A DNA stretch of 58,183 nucleotides, filler included, from Sphacelaria rigidula (lineage: Eukaryota), in assembly GCA_964200075.2 (NCBI GenBank). It is 5 parts of 5 records of this genome, joined end to end, with 100 filler letters (N's around TTAATTAATTAA, not from the genome) between each part and the next. Parts side by side here need not be neighbours in the genome. Positions count along the whole stretch, not along the records: positions 23,316 to 34,872 come from CAXNAA020004787.1; positions 34,973 to 46,528 come from CAXNAA020004788.1; 3 more parts are not named here. One strand, written 5' to 3'. Positions 27,201 through 38,312 of this stretch are shown here, in pieces. The notes under the pieces were generated by a model. It worked only from the letters and a program-made list of their open reading frames with translations. It made no database searches and had not been told where the DNA came from. The position numbers and the translations under genes are program-made. How positions within the stretch are numbered: the stretch's first letter is position 1; every line of letters starts with the position of its first letter.

Positions 27201-27503
27201 AAATGAGAACACGAATTGCCGATCCCGATGAAAACATCTAGAGAAAAATATGAACATGCCGTAATTGGGACTCAGATGTACGCCCACATTGGGGGGTGTC
27301 CCTCTACGCCGTCAACTAGAGAATGGGTTCCACTTTACCTTTCCCGCTGATGTGTGTGCAGACACTAGAACCGATTCGTTGCGCTCAATGTACTGGATAG
27401 CTTGCTTCTGGAAAGGGTCCAGTGTGAAGGGGTACTCCTTGGCAGGTTTTGCGGCCGGTCGGTACGTGGCGTCCGGCTTCCAGTCAGCTGGATAAACGGA
27501 GTA
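24252..27503 (-). CDS. MTR4: Ski2-like DExH RNA helicase MTR4 (SKIV2L2/MTREX), internal portion; exons 27503-27339, 26716-26609, 26447-26284, 25852-25691, 24697-24601, 24433-24252
   Basis: The spliced product reads [25 protein letters not shown] (motif I), [12 protein letters not shown] (Ia), [38 protein letters not shown] (II) and FLSATIPN (III). It continues [19 protein letters not shown] and KIVKLIM..PAIIFSF. All junctions are GT-AG and in phase. The 3' part runs off the contig and the first exon was not identified. Confidence 0.95.
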
Positions 27504-27837
27504 CTGAGGAACACGCGAGGGTAAAGCGGGCATACAGACAAGCATCATACATGAGCTAGCCCTGTCTGAGGATATCCCGCGGTGGGTTCAGTTGCATCAA
27601 CCCTTACATACGACGCATATCATCTGTTTTCTCGAAGCGGGGGCGCGGAGACAACTGTGACTGAACCAATGACCTAGCCGTTTGCTGTGATCGTACGGAT
27701 GTCTGCCTGATACATAAAGATGCTTTTTTATGCGCCATCAATGCCCGTCAATAGGACATAAGACAAATGCACACCCACGAGGCCTATGTACTGGGAGATT
27801 GCTACTTTCGCCACCACTACTAATGCTGCAATACTTA

Positions 27838-30556
27838 CATGGTTCGGACGAATAAAGTCGTCAAGCAACTGATTAAAAAATTGTACGAATTAAACACACG
27901 ATTGGTACACAGGTGGTGATTCGTACATGTTTTAGGTTCGTGACTCGTGCGACACTAATTGGCGTGTACACATTCCCACGTCGTGATTCGTGCGGTACAC
28001 CGTTGAAGGTACACGTTTCACGTTTTCTACCCTCCATTCGTTTGGTATGAATAAGAGATACATGCTTCTCACCTTCCATTCGTACGGTATGAATAATAAA
28101 TACATGTTCCCCTACTTTCATCCATGCACCATAAATCATAGGGACATGTTTCCCACCTTCCATTCATACGCCATGAATCACAAGTTCATGTTTCTCTCTT
28201 TCCATCCATGAACCATAACATCTCTGAGGACGACAGTAGAAACCGTCAGCGTTATGACCGGTCAACCAAAACTCGTTCCTTTACTGATGTCACCACAGTG
28301 ACGCGTTGGATACAAGAAGCTTCGAAATCCAACAGGGACCCCGGGCCAAGCACTAGCTACAACTAAAACGTTGATAACATCAAGTGGTCAACACAAACTC
28401 GATCCCAAACAGCTACAGTTCTCCCCCCATTCGGGATTGATGTAAATAATCGGAGTGTGGCGCATTATCTTGACGTGGACTGACCCTTTCCGAAAGACGT
28501 AAGTGGCGACGCACACGAAAAAGAGGTCGCAGCCTTCTCGGAATGTATCGCCCGCTTGAACACCCTTTTACCCCCGATTCCGCCGCTCCCGTCGTGCTCT
28601 ACCCCTGATGCCTTGAATTATGATGTTCAGGGCGCGCCTTACCCGAGCAACAAGTGGTGGCCATTTGCCTCGGTCGAGGATTCGGGCACAAGAAAACGGC
28701 CGATGGACGCAAATGTTCACCACTTTTAGCTCGGGTGGCTTCGACTCTGTCGAACAAGCTTGGTGGCATAGACCGTTACAGTGATGTCTAGGGAGTCAGG
28801 ATCACTGTCCCTCTCTTTCTGATCACCGTTGCGAGGCTGTGCGTTTCGCTTTGACGGCAGTGTCGACTTCGAAAGGCCAGGTTCGGGGAGATGTACAGTA
28901 GAATGAGGAGTAAATAGAGTAATAGGTTCGGAAACAAGCTGCAACCGAGACGACCGAACTTGCCACAGCACCCCACACACCACTCTTTCGCAGTACGATG
29001 TTTCGTCGCTATTCCGAGTCGTGGTATGTTCATGTCTGCACGCCTCATCGGAATATTCGCCCACTGGCCATCGCAACCACCAACCCACGTGCTGATCCCG
29101 TTCTGGCTTCACCAGGGGGAGACGAGGAAGCAATAACGACGGCAACGTGCGCAATGCTGGTGCTGGTCCCGCCCCCGTCCCTGATCACATCGGCGGCCGT
29201 CATGATTCTCACCGCCTGGTCTCGAGAACACCAAGTTCGTCAAAGCTTGGCGGCGGCGAAGGCGGAGGCGGAGGCGACGGCTAAGGTGATCACGGGGCGG
29301 TCGCGAGAACGCCAAGTCCGTCAGAAGTTGGCGTCCAAGGCGGAGGCGGTGGCTGAGGTGGCCGCCGCTATGGTGATCACGGTGCGGTCGCGAGGATGCC
29401 GCGTCCGCAAGAGCGTGGCGACGGCTAAGGCGGCCGCGACTATGGTGATAACGGCGAGGTGACGAGTCCGCTAGAGCTCGGCGGCGGCCAAGGCAGAGGT
29501 GGCGAGGCCGCCGCGTTTGTCAGAGCGTGGCGGCGCACAAGGCGGCCGCAGTGGCTAAGACCGCCGCGGCTGTGACGGCCTCTCTGCAGTTTCGTGTTTT
29601 GTTCTGCTGGACACTTGGCCTGAATGTATAATTTAACAGTACAAAGATTGCTTCAGACAGCATCAGTAGTGCAAGAGTCATCCCCGCATGTTCGCGTGAG
29701 TTTCCGGAAACACTCCGGCAGCGCCCAATGCAGTCAACGGAGACTACAGTACAATGCAGTACAAAAAAGAACAGAACAGCGAAGTACTGTATAATCTGTA
29801 CAGCGGACAACAGACAGCAGAAGTACGAAAACTTCCATGCATACGGCATGAATCACAGGTACATGTTCCCCTTCCATCCATACGAGGTGCACCAAGCGTG
29901 TATCTTTCCCAATTTCCTTTCATGCGGAATAAATCATACGCACGTGTTTTCCGCCTTCCATTCATACAAGGTGAATCACGCCACACCCTGGACAATGGAT
30001 TCTATCGTAAATAAATATACTGCGTACAGTATGGAATATTTTGTCTGTTGCAATAGGCGCAATAGTCGATACTGTATGTGGTACATTTTTTTCTGTGCAT
30101 TCTTTTGTCCAGGGTATGAATCACGCGTACATGTTCCGCAATTCCCATGCACGCAACATGAATCATACGTACAAGTTTTGCGTCTTCCATTGTGAATCAA
30201 GCGTACGTGTTTCACAATTTCCATTCATGCAGCATAAATCATGGATACACGTTCCCACCTTCCGTTCAACCGAGATGAATCAAGCATGTTCTCCTCCTGT
30301 GATTCGTGCGAGATTGAGTATACATGTTTTCCACCAGAAATTCATACAGGAATTATAGTTCGTAGGCATTTTGCACTCTTGATTCGTGTGACACTACTTG
30401 GAGTGCACACATTCGCAGTTCGTGATTCGTGCGGTGCGACCCTAAACGTACAAATTCAACCTCCGTGGTTCATACCGGATGACTCTTTAGTACATTCTCC
30501 GTATTCAATATTCATGGGGAATCAACCCGTATGAATCGTGATTCGTCCGAACCGTG
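27838..30556. mobile_element. TIR element with an internal 42-bp tandem array interrupted by a ~1.6 kb insert
   Basis: TA|CATGGTTCGGACGAAT ... ATTCGTCCGAACCGTG. The 42-bp units start at 28033, 28075, 28117, 28159 and 28201 and resume at ~29833-30290. Confidence 0.7.
29191..29580 (+). pseudogene. Decayed coding fragment of 4-5 tandem IQ-motif-like, Ala-rich repeats
   Basis: The units read AAVMILTAWSREHQVR, TAKVITGRSRERQVR, AAMVITVRSRGCRVR and ATMVITAR*RVR*. The spacing matches IQxxxRGxxxR with Q replaced by T. The region is GC-rich with in-frame stops in unit 4. Confidence 0.45.
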
Positions 30557-31494
30557 AATACCTACACAGTACCGACACATTCACACAATGACCCCGACAG
30601 AAGGAAATATTACGCACGCCAGCGACTGCAATGATGTCGAGCGGATTTTCGACGGCGACGATACATGCTTATCGGCATTCCACTCTACAATTACAGGCAA
30701 GCACAAGGAATGGCTACATTACCAGGCAGGGTGGAAAAATATCCTCAGGTCGTTCTGCTCGTATGCGCGGGTGGTGTGCGCTTTGACGGAAGCTGTCTGG
30801 GCTGAACGTAATCCGTCAGTCATACTGATTTGTACAGCAGTGTGCATATTCTTGTAGTTGCTTAGTTTTTTTGTGTCCGGTTATTCAAGCTTTGTCTTGA
30901 AAATATTATCAGCGCACTTTTCCTCGGAACGCTCCTCACTTCAACCTGTTCAAAGTGACAAGTCAAATGGCCTAAAGGTGTTCAAGCCACGAAAATAAGA
31001 AGAGCAACCTGATGGTGTATGCGTGTGCTTCGGGTGCGACCATCGCAGAGCATGTGAAAGATGCGCGCACAAGAGGACACTGGAGAGCAGTGCCTTGTGG
31101 AGCTCATTCCACACAATTCAGCACTGTGCCAAGAAATATGTGCGTTGCTATTCAGCGCGTGAAAATAGTTCGCGCACAGCGCAAGCCCGCGTGTTCGTGA
31201 ACGAATGTCGCAACAAGAACGCATAGCATCACATTTTGAAAATCGAATATTGCAACACCACTGCATGCTAATGTACAGTACAGTACCAGCCCGCTGGTAA
31301 AAAACTCGTATTTCGGCTCAAGGCTCGAAACCTCATCGTGGAGGGTGCCATGAGCGTAATTTATTATACAGCCATTTCTTGATCCCAGCAGCGTTGACTG
31401 CGGTAATTTCTTTTACCTCCGTTGAATAAGTCACGTAGGATGCTGCTACCCCCCGATGACCAAGCATTCATCACCCCACTTCATTGTAACTCTC

Positions 31495-32000
31495 CAAGGG
31501 TAGGTCGGGTATGTATACCCAAAGCTCGGTACTTTGAAAAGTCATTCTCCTATAACCTAAACATGTGGGTAAGAGTATTTGAGGTCGTACCCAATCTACC
31601 CCAAGTTTTGGGTAGAGTTTTTGAGGCCACACCCAGCATCCCCAATTTTTGGGTGGAGTATTGAGGTCATATCCAACTGCTGCTCTATACCCAGGTATTG
31701 CTGAGAGTGCTTTACCCGAATTTGGGTAGAGTAGTTGAGGTCGTACCCAATCTACACAAAATTTGGGTGCAGTATTGAAGCCATACCCGTGTGACCCCGG
31801 CTGATGCGCCCACATATCCCGAAAGGGGTAGACTGGCGTCCAGAATAAATGGGACGACAACACACACACACACCCAAGTGATGCTCCATACACAGGTATT
31901 GCTGAGAGTCCTGGCCCAATATTTGGGGAGAGTATTTGAGGTCGTACTCAATCTATCAAAGGTTTTGGGTAGAGTAAATACGCTACCCGACCTGCCCTTG
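31495..32000. mobile_element. hAT-like MITE family C (long copy with ~43-bp internal tandem units) carrying a nested SINE fragment
   Basis: CAAGGGTAGGTCGGGTA ... TACCCGACCTGCCCTTG, with repeated GGGTAGAGTATTTGAGGTCGTACCCAATCTAC units. The TIR matches 43453-43641. No TSD is preserved. Related units continue at ~32160-32360. Confidence 0.72.
31789..31873 (+). mobile_element. 5'-truncated copy of the tRNA-derived SINE
   Basis: GTGACCCCGGCTGATGCGCCCACATA...GGCGTCCAGAATAAATGGGACGACAACACACACACAC matches the last ~85 bp of the other two copies. Confidence 0.85.
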
Positions 32001-33495
32001 GCTTCTTCGGTCGAAAACATGTAGAGTAAATGTACGATCGGGCACTTGACTCCCTCGTGCAGACCACCACGCCAGATATCACCCGTTCACAGAGTCATGC
32101 AAACCCCACACAACTCATTCTCAGCTACTACCGCAACCCTGCAGCATACAGCACGAGTTGGGCACAAGGATAGAGTATTGATATCATACCCAGGTGATAC
32201 TCTATACACAGGTATTGCTAGGAGTACTTGCCCAATATTTGGGTAGAGTATTTGACGCCGTACTTAATCTACCCCAAAGTTGGGTAGAGTATTTGAGGCC
32301 GTACCCAATCTACTCAAACCTTGGGTGGAGTAAATACCCTGGTATTTAACCCTGCCCGAGTATCAACTCTCACAAACCACGCAAGTCATCTGGGGTGATC
32401 AATATTCGAGCACTCAGAATTATTGGGAAATCTGTTCACCTGAGCCTACTGTTTTCGACCAACGTCATCGAACGCACCACGGTTCGCCAGCAGATACCTC
32501 CTTTTAGATGCAACTTGATTTGGGTATATCTGTAAGCTAACCCTTGCCAGCTAGGCCACTTAAACTTGTCCAGCCGTCAATCGCTCTCTTCGACAATGTC
32601 ATCAATCACTAACAAATGAGATGGGATCTGCACTACGAAAGGCCAATGGGTCACTTAGACCACTTCTAATTGGTACGAGATAAATATATCTGAAAAATGC
32701 CTACTTTAGCGTTTCGGCGCCGATTTCTGCCCGAGGACTAGGCAGACCGAAGAGAGATGTGTTGCATGCCATAGTCATCTGACCATTGACCTCGCATCCC
32801 TACCCGGGACGGAGCACGCCGGGTTTTCGCCGTACCAGGCTCGCAGTCAATCACAGAGCGCGAAGCGCTGTCATGCGTTCGGCGACTCGCATGAAGGGTG
32901 AGCTGCATCCTGCTAAGATTGTTCCGCCCGAAGCGTACTGATTATCTTCTATTTGGATGATAGCCTACAATGACTTGCTTTATTTTCTGGTATCGCCACT
33001 TCCAGAGACAGCCACGGCTTAAATGCTGCTTCATGGGTGTCTCACCATATAAACACTTCGTAGTACGATCATCTCCTTTGCGCGGAGTTGAGGTTCTCCC
33101 ACCCCGCACAGCATGACTACCTCGACCACCATCACGGCTACCGCAAAAAAATGCGACCGCGCGAAAAAAAACGTAAACTGGTTGCCTAGCATACGCAGTA
33201 AGTAGCGTGTTTTACAGTGTTATCGCCAATCGACGCCAACCCCGTAGGGGGGTCCGCCCCTACAAAGCCGGGACGGAGCACGCCGGGTTTTCGCCGGACC
33301 AGGCGGGGTGTACTCATGATCTTGCAAGTCATAGTCATGAAGCCATCGACTAGGGAATCGAGAAAATGTATGGAATGAATGCCCCGGGATAACTTTGAAA
33401 CATCCACCTCCCCTCAGAGTTCCTCAAGGGCAAACCGGGTCGATTTTAGGGGCATTTTTGGTTCACGGCTGTAAGCGCAAAACATGACATTTTTC

Positions 33496-34638
33496 TAGAG
33501 TTGTAAACTGACTTGGCTCACCAGTTCACTGGTTGCAAAAAATTACAACCACTTACAGTTATCAGTTACACCTGGATAACTAGCGACGAAGCCACCCCAC
33601 GACTCCGCCAGCGTTGCTTCGCAAGGTAACGCGGCGGAGGCGCGTAGACGGCTCCCCCCGGCTGGTGAGGGGACGCCGCCGGAGGCAAGAAAATTACGCC
33701 ATTTTGGTTCACATCTCTTCAAAATCGCGGTAAATTCTAGCCGCGTAGCGCCATCAATTCGATCACGTAATCGTTGCATAAAAATATATTTGTATGGGGG
33801 GAAAAGAAATATCACCGAACCTTGGACGTGAATTAAAAAAACGAAGCGATGAGATAGTAGTGCAGTATACATAGCGTTCCGGGTGTACCACCCACGCGCC
33901 AGGAACTATTGAATACTAGCAGCACAACTTAGTAACGTTATGGACTGTGACTTCATCAGCCAGGAAAATTCAACAGAAATCTCGACTCTTCCTAATACTT
34001 CGGTATCACATTGCCCAGCCATCTCTGGACGCTTAACGCTTGATGCCGACAGAATAAAGCAAAGCACACACAAAAACGCTACGAAACGCAGTCTTGCTTC
34101 ACGTTTCAGATCCGCTCAATTGACAACTGTTCGTGCCCAACCCCCCCCCTTTTTTCTAGATATTTTGTCTGCGATAATAAGTCGGTCAACCCAGTGTCAC
34201 AAAGACTCAACAGTCAATGCCTTTTTTTTTCTCTTCTCCAATATTTTTGTCATGCACACGCAACAACATCGTGATATGTAAACAACTCACGCCACAAAAG
34301 TAGTCGCTGTTGTCTTCTGAATCATGGAACAAGCCACTCGCCAGCGCTCCACCAAAGAGTGAAGTAGAAACGCTGTCCTATTCGTGTCTACGTCTAGATG
34401 TGTGCGCTGTGCGGTCATGTAACACTCGCCTCTGTGACAGCATCCCCACGGTCATTGTAGTGAAATTCTTCAGAAATATTGACTTGAGTATGACACATAT
34501 ATACACATAATACTTTGGAGTATGACACACATGCCGGGTGAAATAAGTGATTCAACTGGTTACAAAACCGATCAGTTAACCAGTTGTACCAGTTAACTGT
34601 AACTGGTCAGTTAAACTGGCAGCCAGTTCACAACTCTA
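33496..34638. mobile_element. Non-autonomous hAT-type element with a perfect 8-bp TSD
   Basis: CATTTTTC|TAGAGTTGTAAACTG ... CAGTTCACAACTCTA|CATTTTTC, with subterminal AACTGG/CCAGTT repeats at both ends. Confidence 0.9.
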
Positions 34639-34872
34639 CATTTTTCATTTTTCACTTCGTTTTTTTGTTGTGTTTCATGCGTGCTCTGGCCACCCGAAAA
34701 ACTTGACTTTGAATATTTCGACGTATTGTGGTCTCACCCGTAGGGGAAGTAAATTGCGCTCTAAAAGAGATTTAATTTTTGAAAAGTGAAATAAAAACGG
34801 GGGGGGGGGAAGGGAAAGGAAGACGAGAAAAAAAAACAGCAATGCCGGGGCTCGGACCCGGATGGATAAAAA

Positions 34873-34972
34873 NNNNNNNNNNNNNNNNNNNNNNNNNNNN
34901 NNNNNNNNNNNNNNNNTTAATTAATTAANNNNNNNNNNNNNNNNNNNNNNNNNNNNNNNNNNNNNNNNNNNN
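34873..34972. other. Artificial contig spacer
   Basis: 44 N + TTAATTAATTAA + 44 N. Confidence 0.99.
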
Positions 34973-35099
34973 GGCGGGTGGGCGGGGCTGGGGGGGGGGG
35001 GGGGGGGGGGGGGGCACTCATCCGTCTGTGCCCTGCTTTATTGCCGAAGCGTTGGCAGATGCGGCCAGCTGCCGTGGACAGAGATCCTTGGTATGGAGA

Positions 35100-35480
35100 C
35101 CTGAGGCCATCGGGACAGAGCGGGCAAGGAGCAGAAGCTGGTATGTAAACCCCGCAAAGCCCACCAGACTTTTCGGATTTTGTCAGTGCTTATTGTTGCT
35201 GATTTCTCGCAACGAAATTAACGAAGAAAAAAAGACAAAAAAAATCGAAGAAATGTCTTCCGGTATCTGAGGTCATCGCGGGGTAGAGCGGGCGAGGAGC
35301 AGAAGCAAATATACGAACCCTGCAAAGCCCTCCAAATGTTTCGGCTTTTGTCAGTGTTTATTGATCAATTTCTTGCAACAAAATAAACAGAAGAAGCAAA
35401 ACAGTCTTTGTTGAACAGTTTCTTGCAACAAAGTTGACAAAAAAAATAAAGATGTCAATTTCGGAAAAAGTGCCCTCCGG
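35100..35480. repeat. Diverged tandem duplication, ~168-bp period
   Basis: CTGAGG(C/T)CATCG..AGAGCGGGC(A/G)AGGAGCAGAAGC..CAAAGCCC..TTTTGTCAGTG starts at 35101 and again at 35268. Confidence 0.75.
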
Positions 35481-36174
35481 AGGGGGGGGGGGTCGCGTCC
35501 GAAAACGTTCTCCACCACGCTGCCCCCTGATCATGGGTACGTCTATCATGTAACCACGGTTTGGCCCCTGGGGGATCAGTTAAAGTGCGTAAATCAAAGA
35601 ATCAATAAACTGAACCACTGGGGCGACAGGCTCAGTAGCCATTGAATTCGATGCGCTCGAAATCCTTGATTATTTAAACATAAACACATCAACGTGTCGA
35701 TCATATTATCCTACACACCAAGCTCATCGCCGTCAATCACGATGGGAAGTTTTCTGCGTTGTAACCCTGTGACCACCAGGGTATTCGTGGGCCAACATGT
35801 CAGTTTTCATGTGTAACGGGCGACAACTCAACAGATAGCCTGTAATAGACGAGCGGGCAAAGATAATGACAGTCAATCGTCTGTTTTGTTTTCGTTATCG
35901 AAAACGTGAGGGAGGATGTGAGTATAATAGCAACTAAATAAATGATTTTTTTCACTGAGCTTGTTTGACGAGAGTCGACAATATGATAGTGCTGATCCAT
36001 TCCGCGAGACCAAAATCCAAGATGTTCACCCGGGGAGAGGTGGGTGGATACCTTGAAATCACGGACTCGTCCCGAGTAAGGGGCAGGGGTTAAAGGTGTG
36101 AGGAAAGAAGAATGAAATAAACGTCTGGCTCGGAGGACGAGCAACAATCTCATAGGGAGACTTTTTATGATAAC

Positions 36175-36541
36175 TATTCCGGTTGCCTCGGTGGCTCAGT
36201 TGGTAACCTCGAAACCTTCTGACGGTTGGGTCGTGGGTTCGAATCTCAGAGTGATTTGGGATTTTTTCTCACACAGTGCCCCAAACAGTGGAGCGCGACG
36301 ATGTCGTGGGAACACAAAAAATCGACTTCATGGTCGACGAGGGAAAAGGGACTCCTGAACCCCTCTCGGGATTGCAAATAAAGGCAGGCACCGCAGAAAG
36401 AAGGTGGAGAAGGAAATAAAATAAAACAAAAATAAAAACCGTGTTGGCCTTATTCCTCCTGTGTGACCCCGGCTGGTTCGCCCACACATACCGGAAGGTG
36501 TAGACCGGCGTCCACAATATAGATGGGACGACAACACACAC
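36175..36541 (+). mobile_element. tRNA-derived SINE, full length
   Basis: It has an A box (TGGCTCAGTTGG), a B box (GGTTCGAATC), a body collinear with 12272-12628 and the tail GGGACGACAACACACAC. Confidence 0.88.
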
Positions 36542-37270
36542 GGCAAAAACTAACCGTCACATCTCATATTGTGATTGTTTCAAGACGTTTCGATTGCATT
36601 CGTCCACGACGGCCATCACAACAGTACAACAGATATGCACTACTACAATGAGTGCCAAATGAACAACAATATTGTAGTGCAAGGAGGGCGTCCCTTCTAC
36701 TGAAGGCCGTGTGGTGCATGGGACTACGTCCTACGGCGGCCGAAGAATGGGATACCTCTGGTTGCTCCGAAAGAAGGTCGTCGTCGTATCTCTGCCACCG
36801 AATAAACTCCAAAGCGAGGCATATTTTCTCCCTTCATGTTTAGAGCAAGGATTGACAGTGATGTGCCGGGGTAGGAAGCAGTAGACAGAGCTTGCACACT
36901 GCCCCCTTGGGTTCTCACGATGACATTGCTCTGTTCTCTTGATTAACCTATTTCAACCGTAGGATCCCGTTACCTCGGGCGCTAGAGCTTCCTCTGTCCA
37001 GGTGTGAGGTTTCCGGGGTCGCTCACTCCTGTGACTGGCGGACCAATTTCCTGTGGCGTAGTCCTCTCCGGCTCACACGTATGTGTGTGTAGAGGTGCTC
37101 ATGATGCTCAATCATATCGTGGCTTCCACGATAAGAATGGAATAGAAAACAGCGAACGGACCTGGATGGAACATTTATATCAAAGTTTCGTTTTTCTTGG
37201 GTACGCCTATTATGTGACAAGGGGACGTAAAGAAATGTACGTAACCAATGGTTGGCACCATGGAGATGCC

Positions 37271-37302
37271 CCCAACCCTAACCCTAATCCTAACCCTAAC
37301 CC
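37271..37302. repeat. Short interstitial telomere-like (CCCTAA)n tract
   Basis: CCCAACCCTAACCCTAATCCTAACCCTAACCC, about 5 imperfect units. Confidence 0.7.
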
Positions 37303-37593
37303 CGACCAAGGCATACCGAGAACCCTAATTGGGCAAGGGGGCGAAAGTGTTTCGTGGGCAAAGTGTGCGTTGCCAGAGCTCAAATCGACGCCTTTGAGCC
37401 GATTTTGGACCAAAACACGTTCTGGACGAGCTGGATCTACTGCTCACCACTGCTCGTCTGCCCCCCAAAATATTCTTTCTCGGAACTTTCTCCATTCTGA
37501 AATCAAGTGAAATCGAGTACCAATCATTATCTACGTGCATTTCTTCAGGTCTACTGTATGTGACCACGGCTGGATCCCTGGGTGGTCAGTTAA

Positions 37594-37695
37594 CCCTTAG
37601 ACCGCGAGGGCAGGTCACCTGCTGAATTGGCACCAATTTTCAGGTGAAACAAGTATGCGTGATCCAGATGGATTACCCGCACCGCGGTCCAAGGG
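37594..37695. mobile_element. piggyBac-type mini-MITE (~102 bp), copy 1
   Basis: TTAA|CCCTTAGACCGCG ... CGCGGTCCAAGGG|TTGA, collinear with 45371-45474. Confidence 0.82.
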
Positions 37696-38312
37696 TTGAA
37701 ATTCGATAATCAATCAAACCAATAAATCAAACAAAAACAATATTATTCCCCTTTGTGAATGATCTACTTCCTTCTTATGCCCTCCTGTCCTCCTAGTGGC
37801 TCTTGCATTTTTTTTATCTTTGAAAAAGTCTTCGTCTTTCTCTTTTTCTTATGGCGTTCTTTCTTCTGACCGCTTTTCTCCTCTTGTTTCCTTCTTTCAA
37901 CTCTCCGCTCCTTCCCACGGGAATGTCTCAAACCCCCATACTCGCACGGTGCCCAGCCACACCTCAAACCCCGTCTCCACCACGCGCAACTCATAGTCGT
38001 CGGATTCGGGTCGAAACACTTGAAGTGCCCGTACCGGAAACGATCGTCGCCATCCCTTCTTCTTAGCCGGTGGTGCGGGCTCGATGATCATCCTCTTCCG
38101 ACCCTTGGTGATCTCCTGGTCGTTTTGTTCCGAGTTGGTTTTTCGGCGCCGGTAGGGAGGGGGGGGGGGGGAGTAACAGGGAGCAGCACGTTAGCCGGCT
38201 ATAATTTCAATCATTGTCCTGATGTGAAGATGTTTCTGCTGTAGTGTGTTGATGCTTGAATCTCGGTCTTTTTATCCTGTCTTTCGCGGTAACACAAGCC
38301 ATTTGCTAGGCA

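Noticed and set aside
2337..27503. Functional cluster of RNA-processing genes (Era, RBM22, MTR4)
   Set aside because: The genes lie on different contigs joined artificially.
28218..28270. Hammerhead ribozyme (CTGAGGA..GAAAC..GTC)
   Set aside because: Stem III is plausible but stems I and II do not pair.
28030..30290. 42-bp periodic array as a CRISPR-like array
   Set aside because: The whole unit is repeated and degenerate, there are no unique spacers or cas genes, and it lies inside a TIR element in a eukaryote.
31550..32340. ~43-bp GGGTAGAGTATTTGAGG units as a CRISPR-like array
   Set aside because: These are head-to-tail degenerate repeats within a MITE family, with no spacers.
36180..36250. 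Second tRNA gene
   Set aside because: It has A/B boxes but no acceptor or anticodon stems; it is the head of the SINE.
36556..37219. Solo LTR bounded by (C)GTCACAT...ATGTGACA
   Set aside because: The 5' end is not TG, there is no TSD and no second copy was seen.
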